A stretch of 42,217 nucleotides of DNA. Source: Octopus bimaculoides (taxonomy: Eukaryota). The translations under genes and the position numbers were made by a program. Location: NCBI RefSeq assembly GCF_001194135.2, contig NC_068986.1:13862984-13905200 (forward strand), written 5' to 3'. Below, piece after piece: positions 1-10,859 of the stretch. The notes beneath the pieces are model-generated. The model was not told where the DNA came from. It ran no database searches and saw nothing but the letters and a program-made list of their open reading frames with translations. The first letter of the stretch is position 1. Every line of letters begins with the position of its first letter.

Positions 1-263
1 ATATATGTATATATATTTGTGTGTGTGTTTTCGTGTGTGTCTGTGCCTGTTCCTCTACCACCGTTTGCCAACCGATGCTGGTGTATGTGCGTCCCCATAA
101 CTTAGCGATTCGGCAACAGAAACTGTTATATTAAAGAACCAGGCTTTAAAAAAGAAATACTGGGATCGATTAATTCTACTAGAAAAAAAATAAAGATAAA
201 TTCAAGGCGGTGCTCCAGCATGACCGCAGTCTAATGACTGAACAAATAAGATGAAAAATAAGA
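1..263 (+). mobile_element. SINE family A, 3' half (cut by window start)
   Basis: (TA)/(TG) run, then AACCGATGCTGGTGT..GTCCCCATAACTTAGCGATTCGGC..AAGGCGGTGCTCCAGCATGACCGCAGTC..TGACTGAAC; matches the other family A copies in the window. Confidence 0.85.
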
Positions 264-754
264 AGTAAATATCGGCTTCCAGTACAACGCCCAATGACAA
301 AGTTTGCAATAGCTTTGAAACATTAAAATAACGTCTCCCGTTCGGTGCAACAGACAACGTCCATGATATTATTTTACGAAACAGTGAACAAGATTGTAGT
401 ATCGTAGAGATCAGCCGATTAGCGGATGAGAATATCTCGTATGAAATTACGGCAAATGTAATTTGTAGGTATATATTCCTATTTGTAGCGCCTGCCATAG
501 GTGCAATGAAATACGCAAACGAAAGTTTTACATTAAAATTTGCTGCTGTTCGGGGTTTTCCAAGACAGAGCAAAAATAATTGGCTTCCAATCCCATAATG
601 CAATCCGTTAGTAGTTCATTGAATATTTGGAAAACATTTTAACGAAGCTTCATTTCAGTTCCTTTCCAATAATTAACATATGTACACAATCACATATCAA
701 CGTGCGGCATATATACACATATATACACATCTTTAAACACTTACAAGGGTATAA

Positions 755-798
755 ATGCATCTATCTATCTGTCTGTCTGTCTGTCTGTCTGTCTGTTC

Positions 799-852
<54 letters not shown>

Positions 853-924
853 ATCTATCTATGTTTCTACCTACCTACCTACCTACCTACCTACCTACGT
901 ATGTATGTATGTATGTATCTAATC

Positions 925-977
<53 letters not shown>

Positions 978-980
978 AAT
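755..980. repeat. Compound tetranucleotide microsatellite (TATC/TGTC/TACC/TATG)
   Basis: Direct reading. Confidence 0.95.
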
Positions 981-1536
981 GCGTGTAGCTGCCTCATAAA
1001 TAGCACCATATATGTATACTCTTTTATATACAAATGCACACACTAAATACGCACAGTTTTCGTATTCAGCCTGCGAAATCCATACAATAACATGGATTTA
1101 ATGGTCTAGTTACCTACATATTATAAATTCTACGCACTTGCCCCAAAGCGTGATGGAGTACTCTAAAGTTTTTGCACGTAAATATATAGCTATCATACAT
1201 AAACATACATGTGTGTGTGTGTGTTCATGTGTGAGTGTTTATTTGTGTGTGTGTGTGTATGTATATGTGCGTGTGTGTTTGCATTTTCAGGTGTCTCTCT
1301 CGCTTGCCTATTTTTCTTCAACTTTGTGTCTCTCACACTACGCCCTTAACACTTACTCTCAAACACGCTCTCTAACTCACTCTCTCTGTCCCTTTCTTTC
1401 CCTCTCCTTCACACACACGGACACACAGATGGAGAGAGACACACAAATGGAGAGGGACACACAAATGGAGAGACACACATACACATACATGCGCACTATT
1501 CCCCCCTCTTTCTCTCCCTCTCATTGACATATACAC

Positions 1537-1572
<36 letters not shown>

Positions 1573-1807
1573 GCACACTTAGATTCTCTCACGACTCCCT
1601 TACGCCGCTTCTCTATTTCTAACAGTTTAAGCTTCTAATCGCCCGCAGCGTGTTCTTTAATCTATCAAAACGCAGAGTTTTTATATTTTCTGGTTTCCCT
1701 TGCACCCTACTTCGTTTTCACCCACCTCTTCTACCATACCAGCTCTTTCCCTTCAATCTTTCAGTTTGAATCAATGGCTACAAAGCTATCATCCTTTCTC
1801 TCCCTCG

Positions 1808-1849
<42 letters not shown>

Positions 1850-1919
1850 CATTTACATTTGTATATAACGAGTATATGTGTGTACGTTCATAGATGCACA
1901 AATACATACACACTTCATA

Positions 1920-1958
<39 letters not shown>

Positions 1959-2041
1959 NNNNNNNNNNNNNNNNNNNNNNNNNNNNNNNNNNNNNNNNNN
2001 NNNNNNNNNNNNNNNNNNNNNNNNNATATATGCATGTGTAT

Positions 2042-2078
<37 letters not shown>

Positions 2079-2758
2079 CACATACATACATAATGTATAT
2101 ATCTATGTAATTGATGTATCTAGGGCACTCGTCACCACATTTGCCTTTCTCTTTTGTTATATATATATATATATATATATACGCATATGTATGTATACTC
2201 ACACATACACACCCATACGCACATACACGCTTGTATACACACACACACACACACACACAAAATTATTCTATTGCTGTATTTATGTTTTCTCTTTCCCTGT
2301 CCGATTGTTTACTCCGCATCTTTTAATCTTTCATCTTATTCTTTCTGTTTTCCCCTTGTTTTCCTTCCCCTTCTTACCGTTCACTTCTGTCTTTTTTTTC
2401 CATGTCTTCTCTATTTTTCCATTTATAGTTGTTTTTTTCATTCATTTCTTTCATTTTCTTTACATTTCAGTCTTCTTTTCTTTCTTGTCTTTCTTCTTGC
2501 CTTGATAAAACTTATTTTTATGCGGAAACTTTGCTACCTTCACACACATACATGCAAACACGAACAAACACAAATACACATACGAAGACATACATTCACA
2601 TTCTGGGACACATCTAAACACATATACACACAAACATATGAATTGAAACTACGAAAACATCTTCCAGCGAGGTCATGCTAATCTTGTCTACTTCAACAGT
2701 AAAAATAAAAAACATAATTACGAGATATACCAACGAAATGGTATCATACCATAGGCAC

Positions 2759-2875
2759 TGGCAAGGCTGTGTGGTTAACAAACTCACTTAACAACCACGT
2801 GGTTTGCCTTAGTGCGCGCCAAACTGACTAAGTATCTTCTACTTTAGCCCTGGGCAGACCAGGGGCTTGTCAATA
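2759..2875 (+). mobile_element. SINE family A, diverged 5' head fragment
   Basis: GGCAAGGCTGTGTGGTTAA..CAACCACGTGGTT..AAGTATCTTCTACTTTAGCCCTGGGCAGACC aligns to the 6647 head. Confidence 0.6.
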
Positions 2876-3287
2876 TTTTAAACAACTCAGCGTTCGCAAG
2901 TTCCACGCATGCATCTTAAATACAAATACATAAGTACATATACACATATACACGCATATATGTATGTATATATATATATACCTTTAGAAATTTATTTTAT
3001 CAGAAATTGTCATAATTGTAGTAATGTATACATACGTGTGTGTGTAAATTACTAGTCACTTCCTTACTACGTCAAAAATGCCAGACAACAGGATGTTGAC
3101 ACTGACAAAACAGTTTGAAGAAGTGAATGTTTATTATATATATAAAGCGATATTATTTATTAAAAAAAAAACGATCAAGACCGTATTATTATTTCTCAGG
3201 TAAAATTATTCATGTACCCCAAGTATGGTACAGATTGATCCAGAGGATAGAGGACACACACACAGACAACAAATTGTATATATTATG

Positions 3288-3325
<38 letters not shown>

Positions 3326-3330
3326 CGTCA

Positions 3331-3460
3331 CAACCACATGGTTCCGGGTTCAGTTCCTCTGCATGGCACCAACGGCAAGTGTCTTCTGCTATACTCTCGG
3401 CCCGACCAAATCCTTGTGAATGGAATTGGTAAACGGAAACGGAACAAGGCCCCTCGTTTA
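3331..3460 (+). mobile_element. SINE family A, 5' half lacking A-box
   Basis: CAACCACATGGTTCCGGGTTCAGTTCC..GGCAAGTGTCTTCTGCTATACTCTCGGCCCGACCAAATCCTTGTGA. Confidence 0.8.
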
Positions 3461-3490
3461 TATAAATAAATAAAGAATTATGTATATTCA

Positions 3491-3800
3491 GGCGTAGAAG
3501 TGGTAGTGTAGTAAGTAGCTTCCTTACCAGCCACATAGTCCCGGGTTTAGTTCCACTGCGTGGCACCTTCTGTGAGTGNNNNNNNNNNNNNNNNNNNNNN
3601 NNNNNNNNNNNNNNNNNNNNNNNNNNNNNNNNNNNNNNNNNNNNNNNNNNNNNNNNNNNNNNNNNNNNNNNNNNNNNNNNNNNNNNNNNNNAAGTACTTT
3701 AGAAGTAATAAGTCCTGGGGTCGATTTGTTTGACTAGCAACCCTACAAAGCGGTGCTCCAGTATGGCCGCAGTCAAATGTCTGAAACAAGTAAAAGAATA
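3491..3800 (+). mobile_element. SINE family A, near full length, spanning gap 3579-3690
   Basis: GGCGTAGAAGTGG head before the gap; CCTGGGGTCGATTTG..GCGGTGCTCCAGTATGGCCGCAGTCAAATGTCTGAAACAAGTAAAAGA after it. Confidence 0.8.
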
Positions 3801-3984
3801 TGTATATATATATATATATATAGAATAGTTGTACAACAATGCACCAATATTTACTGGAAATAGCTGTCGTTAATATACGACGCTATAATAAAGCTTTTCT
3901 CTCTATATATATACATATATATATACTGGCACAGATGTTTGCGTGCAGCAAACATGACAACATACATACATATACATACATACT

Positions 3985-4219
3985 CTCCTTCTTAATCCTT
4001 TTTTCCCCTTGTGGAGCATAGGGCCTCAACAGTTATTTCCACTTTTTACGATAATTGACGTGTTTCTTAACTGCTTCCGATGTCAGGCCAGTGGTCCTGA
4101 GTTCAACCAAAATGCTTCGCTTCCATGTCTGCTTCGGGCGTCCTCGCTTCCTTTTCCCCTACGGGTTCCAGTCAAGTGCTTGTTGTGTCACATTTGAGGG
4201 TTCTTTCCGCAGTGTGTCC
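3985..4219 (-). mobile_element. RTE-clade LINE, 3' end (ORF2 C-terminus and tail)
   Basis: Minus strand reads [35 protein letters not shown], the typical RTE ORF2 C-terminal GHxLR...WxPxGKRxRGRP..TW motif. Confidence 0.85.
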
Positions 4220-4445
4220 TCCCCTTGTGTGTGGCCTTGACGTGGCGGGGAGGCTTGCGTACTCTTATGACCCCTAGGTCATGTGCCAGTGGGGGACATG
4301 TTCACCTCGTAGGTTCAACCTTGCTGGTTTGGTCGAAGAGGAGCAGTAAGACTAAAGTATACACATCGGCCCTCCAGATTCGGGGGTTGTACTATAGGCT
4401 AACACCCTGTACACTTAAAAAAACACTTGTTACAGAAACCAACAA
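4220..4445 (+). mobile_element. RTE-clade LINE 5' UTR
   Basis: CCTTGACGTGGCGGGGAGGCTTGCGT start and CTCCAG..GGGGGTTG..GCTAAC..TAAAAAA..GAAACC block; homologous to the 5' UTR ahead of the APE domain at 16426-16660. Confidence 0.75.
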
Positions 4446-4479
4446 CAGTTCATTTAACACTAATGCATGCATACATACA

Positions 4480-4510
<31 letters not shown>

Positions 4511-4511
4511 G

Positions 4512-4563
<52 letters not shown>

Positions 4564-4635
4564 AACAATAAATACACACACACATTCACACACACGCACA
4601 TTCACACACCCACACATATAAACATGTTTATGCGT

Positions 4636-4828
4636 CATTGTGTCTGTTCTCAACACCACTTGGCAACCAGTGTTGGTTTGTGTACGTTCCCGTAATTTAG
4701 CTGTACAGCTAAACACACTAGTGCAAGTACACGGGTTGATTTGTTCGCCTAAAACCCTCCAAGATCGTGATTTCGATTTCATAACATCACTGGAGTGTAG
4801 TGATTGAAGTGAATAAAAGATAAAGATG
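4636..4828 (+). mobile_element. SINE family A, diverged 3' half
   Basis: TTGGCAACCAGTGTTGGTTTGTGTACGTTCCCGTAATTTAGC..GGGTTGATTTGTTCGCCTAAA..TAAAAGATAAAGA. Confidence 0.65.
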
Positions 4829-5292
4829 CGTCGCCACCGCTAATAAACAGAAACAGCACGCCACCCGAACCACACCCCGGAGAACTTGCTTTTCGTTACT
4901 TTTGTGGATCTCCATGAATCTCTGTCGCCAACCAGTTCCATCATTATGAGTTTTAATGAGGAGGCTTGAGTCATAGTGAATCTCCCATTAGCCGATTACA
5001 CAACCATGGACGCCACCTGTATGGATACGTTGCAATTACACTCTTCATAGATTCTTTTGTGTTTCTGACCGTTGATCTTCGAGGATTCCTTCGATTAGTA
5101 CCATTGGTTCAGTTGATCACTTCCGGTACCTCTTCACAATCATGTGGGAGTCCCATGGCTTCACCGAAACCGTGGCAGGGTGGCGGAGTCGGTGCTATTT
5201 CTTGCCAAAGGGCAGCCCATAACTATGCAGAGTACGGTTTTATAAATTCAATATCTTGCTGCTACTACTACTACTACTACTACTACTACTAA

Positions 5293-5359
<67 letters not shown>

Positions 5360-5577
5360 GTCCTTTCTAATAAAGGCAAAAGATGTGAAATTATTAGGGG
5401 AGGGGGAATAGTCGATTACATCGACCCCAGTGTTCAACTGGTACTTGTTTCATCGTTCCCGTATGGATGAAAGGCAAAGTCGACCCCGGCGGCATTTGTA
5501 CTCAGAACGTGGTGATTGACGAAATACCACTAAGCACTTCGCCCGAAGTGCTAACGACTTTGCCAGCTCGCCGCCTT
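5293..5577 (-). mobile_element. SINE family B with (TTA)n tail
   Basis: Minus-strand head AAGGCGGCGAGCTGGCAAAGTCGTTAGC, B-box-like GAGTACAAATGCC, CTGGGGTCGATGTAATCGAC, then (TTA)n at 5293-5358. Confidence 0.9.
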
Positions 5578-5756
5578 GATGATGATGATGATGACGACGA
5601 TGATGAGGAGGATGATGAAGATGATGATGATGATGATGATGATGATAAATACCACCAAGTAAAGTGAAAGTTTTACCTTCTTAAACTATTCCTCTACAGC
5701 ACTCCATCTTATTTACTCTCTCATTGCACAGAGCTTCGAGACACAGCGCACATACG

Positions 5757-5812
<56 letters not shown>

Positions 5813-6202
5813 ACATACATACACTGACGCCCATACAAAAAAAAATACTGAAAGATATAATAGTGAAGCTAAAATAGAGGAAAACACACCAGCAAATGAA
5901 AGCAAACGTCAGAAAACATTTATAGAACCTTGCTGTGCAATTGGTTTTGATCACGCATGGCTTTCTATTAAATAGATTTCACGCCAGTTTTTATCCCTCA
6001 ATGTTGATTATACAAGTCATTTGAAAATATAACGTTAAGACAGGTAGGAATCGTTTGTATGTGAGGAGTGTGATGAGAGAGATGTTTCTTCTCACCTGTA
6101 TGGCTACATACCAAATAGATCCGATAAACACCGACTGTAAGTATACGCATAGATTCAATATTGAGGGCGCGTATGTATGTTTATTTATGTAGATATTAAG
6201 CA

Positions 6203-6356
6203 GAGGGCGCGTAATTTAGTGGTTAGGGTGTTGCAATCAACAATTCTTGGACCAATCGTTGCGTTGTGTTCTTAAGCAAAGCACATGACTTCTCTCTGCT
6301 CCAGCTGGCATAAAAGAGTAAACTTGCAATGGGCCGGTGTCCCCTACAGCAGGTCT
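6203..6356 (+). mobile_element. SINE family C, diverged and partly deleted
   Basis: GAGGGCGCGTAATTTAGTGGTTAGGGTGTT..TGTGTTCTTAAGCAAAGCAC..GCTCCAGCTGGC; homologous to the 7801 copy. Confidence 0.65.
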
Positions 6357-6646
6357 TATGAGTTGAGGAAGAACCTTTGATCTTTTGTGATATATACATG
6401 TATACGTGTACCTTTTCTATTTTTAAATACTTGAATGTTTCCCTTATGGAAGGAGCTGATCTCTAATAAAAGGTCAACTCTCCATCGTTTTAACAGAGAT
6501 AACCAAACCAATGACACATACTGAATTTGAGAAAAGTCTTGCATATTTTTATTGTTCTGCCTACAGATTGTATTTTGTAGCATGGCTGGTAATTTCTTTT
6601 TTTCCGAAAACCCCAGCTTGCCCTGTTGCTTACACATTTAGTGATA

Positions 6647-6821
6647 GGCGTAGAAGTGGCTGTGTGGTAAGTAACTTGCTTACCAACCACATGGTTCCGG
6701 GTTCAGTCCCACTGTATGGCACCTTGGGCAAGTGTCTTCTACTAAAGCCTCGGGCCGACCAAAGCCTTGTGAGTGGATTTGGTAGACAGAAACTGAAAGA
6801 AGGTAATCGTATATATGTATG

Positions 6822-6852
<31 letters not shown>

Positions 6853-6962
6853 ATATGTTTGTGCGTCTGTGTTTGTCCCTCCCCAACATCGCTTGACAAC
6901 CGATGCTGGTGTGTTTACGTCCCCGTAATTTAACGGTTCGGCAAAAGACACCGATAGAATAA
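6647..6962 (+). mobile_element. SINE family A, young copy, 3' end lost in gap
   Basis: Pol III A-box TGGCTGTGTGG, B-box-like GGTTCAGTCC, CORE-like GGCACCTTGGGCAAGTGTCTT..AGCCTC, internal (TA)n(TG)n, then the 3' module. Confidence 0.92.
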
Positions 6963-7429
6963 NNNNNNNNNNNNNNNNNNNNNNNNNNNNNNNNNNNNNN
7001 NNNNNNNNNNNNNNNNNNNNNNNNNNNNNNNNNNNNNNNNNNNNNNNNNNNNNNNNNNNNNNNNNNNNNNNNNNNNNNNNNNNNNNNNNNNNNNNNNNNN
7101 NNNNNNNNNNNNNNNNNNNNNNNNNNNNNNNNNNNNNNNNNNNNNNNNNNNNNNNNNNNNNNNNNNNNNNNNNNNNNNNNNNNNNNNNNNNNNNNNNNNN
7201 NNNNNNNNNNNNNNNNNNNNNNNNNNNNNNNNNNNNNNNNNNNNNNNNNNNNNNNNNNNNNNNNNNNNNNNNNNNNNNNNNNNNNNNNNNNNNNNNNNNN
7301 NNNNNNNNNNNNNNNNNNNNNNNNNNNNNNNNNNNNNNNNNNNNNNNNNNNNNNNNNNNNNNNNNNNNNNNNNNNNNNNNNNNNNNNNNNNNNNNNNNNN
7401 NNNNNNNNNNNNNNNNNNNNNNNNNNNNN

Positions 7430-7461
<32 letters not shown>

Positions 7462-7800
7462 GTATATATAAAACAAATGAAAGACAGAATATGGAATATA
7501 CGAGAATATATTATTAATCACAACAATTGATTCGACATATCTAGCTTCTTTCACTCCTCTCGTGGGACACTCAACAACTGGGGTTCAGGAGTATCCGGTG
7601 GTGCAGACGTATCTCGTCGGATGATAAAAAAAAAACTAGTTAAAATGATTGTACCACAATGTAACTTCTGTTTTGTAAAGTGAAAAACAACCAGGCGGAG
7701 TTAAATTCTTCATATATATAGAAGATCCAAAACAAAAAAAATTGCAGAAGACAAAAACAGAAACGAACACTTAATCCAGCGAGAAAAGTATATATATGGT

Positions 7801-8045
7801 GGAGGCTCGTCGCTCAGTGATTAGGGTGTTGGACTCATGATTGTAAAATTGTGGCTTCGATTCCTGGACCGAGTAACGAGATGTGTTCTTGAGCAAAACA
7901 CTTCTTTCGCGTCGCTCCAGTCCACTCGGCTGGAAAAAGTGAATAATCCTGCGACAGACTGCCGTTCCGTTCAGGTAGGGAATATATACAGCATTGAAAC
8001 CGGGAAACCGCCCCTCCTGAGCTTGGCATGGCTCGATAAGGAAAC

Positions 8046-8107
<62 letters not shown>
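7801..8107 (+). mobile_element. SINE family C (tRNA-derived) with (TTA)n tail
   Basis: A-box-like TCGCTCAGTGA, B-box GCTTCGATTCC, TGTGTTCTTGAGCAAAACACTT..GCTCCAGTCCACTCGGCTGG, tail 8048-8107. Confidence 0.85.
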
Positions 8108-8108
<1 letters not shown>

Positions 8109-8804
8109 GCGTGTTTGTCTGTGTGTGTTTGTGTGTGGGGGTTTTAAATATTCTAATGACATCAACAACAACATTTAAATCCCAGATACAATTTCCCTCA
8201 CCGACTAAATTTTTTATTTACTTTCTTTTGGGAACTCTATAGCACAACAGTAACCAAACTTGCATATACCACATCTGACCTAAACCAGACACACCTAATT
8301 ATATAGTTTTTTTTCTGCTGGACAACAACCTACAAAACTGGTTAAATCTTCTTAATAGTGTTCAAATAGCACGAACAATAAATCCCCAACCAGATATCTG
8401 TTGACCCACTAACCTTTTCAGCTACTTACTTTCCTAAAACATAACCTGAAGCTGACACACCTAAATAGACATATCTGATTATACAGATTACACGCTTGAC
8501 TGCACTCTAAACAATCATAATTTCAACTTTAAACAATAAGGATGTGCCCTAGAATCTGATTATCATTCAACATAGCTCCACACACACACACCGGAAAAAG
8601 AAACAAACTTTCCAGAGAAGTTATAAAGCTAAGATGAAATCAAATGAACCACAATTCGAAGAAGACTAACAGTCAGAGACTTTGAAATCACTGTCACTAC
8701 TCTTCTTGTAATTGTATTATACAGGGGAGGAAATAGTCACTGTACAGTTACATTAACAATTCAGATAAAGCAATTAATCAACAGTCCAGAAATTTATTCC
8801 AGAA

Positions 8805-9467
8805 CTTGGTACACAAGCCCAAACGATTACTCCTGTTTGGTTCAATTGACTTTGGATGGTCAGATGAGGATTCTCTGAAGCCCAGTAAGTGAAATTGTGT
8901 CTGATTATTCTTCCAGATAACTTGAATTGTGCTTCGTCAGACCACACTATCTTATCGAGTAGAGCAAGTGTAATTTCACAATGATTAACGAAAATTTCGC
9001 AGAATTGTAAACGACGATCTCTACCATCTTCAATTAATCCATGAATTAGTCGTGGTATGTAAGGCTTGTAGTTTCATTCTTTCAGCATTATCCGAAGCGA
9101 TCTTCAATTTATGCCCAACTCCAGAGCACGGCGTCTTGTTGATTTACGAGGACTTTGTAATACTGATTCAGCAGCCAGACATGTGTTTCCTTCTGTGCAA
9201 GTCGTTTTTGGCCAACCACAGCGTGGAGCATCTCACACAGAACATGTGTTAAGGAATTTATCCCGAATTTCATAAATAGTCAGTCGTGTTGGAGCGGGTT
9301 TTTCAAATCACGTGGGGAATTGAAGTAGCAAATGAACATTCTTGATTCTTGGGATTATATGGTTTGCTTCCCGTATGGCATCGGTCTTGATTCCCATTTA
9401 GTATTTATGATACATGCTCTGGAGGGGCAGACGATTTTCAGAAATCTAAAATTTATGTTGCATCCTA
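8805..9467 (-). pseudogene. Tc1/mariner transposase remnant (maT/DD37D-like), N-terminal to first catalytic Asp region
   Basis: Minus strand reads QSPRKSTRRRALELG..KPYIPRLIHGLIEDGRDRRLQFCE..LDKIVWSDEAQFKLSGRIIRHNFTYWASENPH..GVIVWACV, with stops and a frameshift; the family-level call is from motif recall. Confidence 0.85.
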
Positions 9468-9482
9468 TTTGATACTCTTGAA

Positions 9483-9484
<2 letters not shown>

Positions 9485-9519
<35 letters not shown>

Positions 9520-9855
9520 ATCTCTCTCTCTTTTTCTTTTTCTCTCTTTCTCTCTCTCTCTTTCTCTCTCTCTCTCCCTCTCTCTATCTACCTGTCTGCC
9601 TACCTACCTACCTACCTATCTATCTGTCTGTCTGTCTGTCTCTCTCTGTCTCTGTCTCTCTCTGTCTATGATCTTTATCCCCCACAGTCTGTGTAGAGTT
9701 TTTTTTAATTCATTGCCTGCCATCAGGCCTAGTACGCGTATTTGTTTTGCACCTCTTATGTTATCTCTCTCTCTCTCTCTCTCTCTCTGTGTCTCTCACT
9801 CTGTCTGTATATCTCTCTCTCTCTGTCTCTCACTCTGTCTGTCTCTCTCTGTGTA
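9485..9855. repeat. Compound (TG)n/(CT)n/(TACC)n microsatellite
   Basis: Direct reading. Confidence 0.95.
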
Positions 9856-10409
9856 CGATGCAAAGCGTGATTGGAGAATTCAGCCAAAAAGCCATCCTAC
9901 CATCCAGCTAACCAACGAACCTAACGTATAGGCTATTACACAGGTACACAGGCACGTTTATACACTCACAAAGGGAGCCACATATACATACATCAGCACA
10001 TACACATGGAAGCGCTTGTGCGTGTTCGTGCTGGCGTTTGAGTATTGTTAAAATCAGTTCAAGCATAACATTATAATTATACGAAGCAATGAAACAAGGC
10101 TGTCTAAAATGAATTAGCAGAATATAACAGAAACTATAAAATATAAAAACAAAAACCCACTGACATACAAATGTCTTTTATGACAGAAATTATATTTCGT
10201 AAACCCAACCTGCCATTTATCTTGAAAGGAAATGGTCGACCTGAGCTGGAAATGTTAGGGAAATCTGTGTAACAGGAATTTAGGCTTCGGTATATTTATT
10301 GAGAACAACGATAACAACAATTAGGACCATCACGACTACGATCACTGCCACCTTCATCACCATCACCACTACCTCAGCAGTAACAGTAAAACACATGAGA
10401 AAAATAATA

Positions 10410-10647
10410 CAGGATGTTCAAAAAGTCTCTCCTCAGTGAATTTTTTTTATCCTGCGCATCACCATGGCGCTACTTCAAGAGTTTTTCGGTGAACGGATTA
10501 TTTTGAAGGGACATTGGCCACCAAGATCACCTGATTTAACACCACCAGACGTTTGTCTTTTGCTGGGGTGCGAGTAATGGATCAGTGTACAAGAATCGCC
10601 CGAAAACCATTAAATACTTACTGCGGAGAGACGTTTTGAGCATCCTG
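10410..10647 (+). mobile_element. 238-bp internally deleted Tc1/mariner element (MITE-like)
   Basis: 22-bp TIRs CAGGATGTTCAAAAAGTCTCTC / GAGAGACGTTTTGAGCATCCTG (20/22), TA on both sides; interior reads LLQEFFGERIILKGHWPPRSPDLTPPD..(frameshift) WG..VYKNRPKTI. Confidence 0.9.
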
Positions 10648-10649
10648 TA

Positions 10650-10859
10650 CTTTCTACTATAGGCACAAGGCCTGACAATTTGGGCGAGGGGTTAAGTCGA
10701 TTATATCGGCCCCAGTGTTTGACTGGTACTCAGTTTATCGACCGCGAAAGGATAAAAGGCAAAGCCAACCACGGTGAAAGTTGAACTCAGAACGTAAAGG
10801 ACGAAATGTGGGTGAACGTTTCAGCCTTGCGTGCTAACGATTCTGCTAGCTCACTACCT
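10650..10859 (-). mobile_element. SINE family B
   Basis: TTTCTACTATAGGCACAAGGCC..AGTCGATTATATCGGCCCCAG..TTGAACTCAGAACGTAA..CGATTCTGCTAGCTCACTACC. Confidence 0.85.

Noticed and set aside
202-603. 133-aa minus-strand ORF
   Set aside because: No recognisable motif, and its C-terminus runs into SINE A. Kept as unexplained but unsupported.
627-2681. Many long ORFs (YLSI, THTH, CVCV, YIYI types), here and throughout the window
   Set aside because: Translations of stop-free di- and tetranucleotide microsatellites or N-runs; no coding signal.
4280-4350. HDV-like ribozyme in the RTE 5' UTR (ATG-TTCACCT-CGT resembles a P3/L3)
   Set aside because: I could not complete P1 and P2 pairing by hand; it needs a consensus and a descriptor search.
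4845-5260. Possible RTE 3'-end remnant on minus (LIEGILE..; ELVGDRDSWRS)
   Set aside because: Motifs are too short and in broken frames to call.
6647-6720. tRNA genes (A/B-box sequences here and at 7801, 22349-22389, 23777)
   Set aside because: No complete cloverleaf, and each continues into a SINE body; these are tRNA-derived SINE heads.
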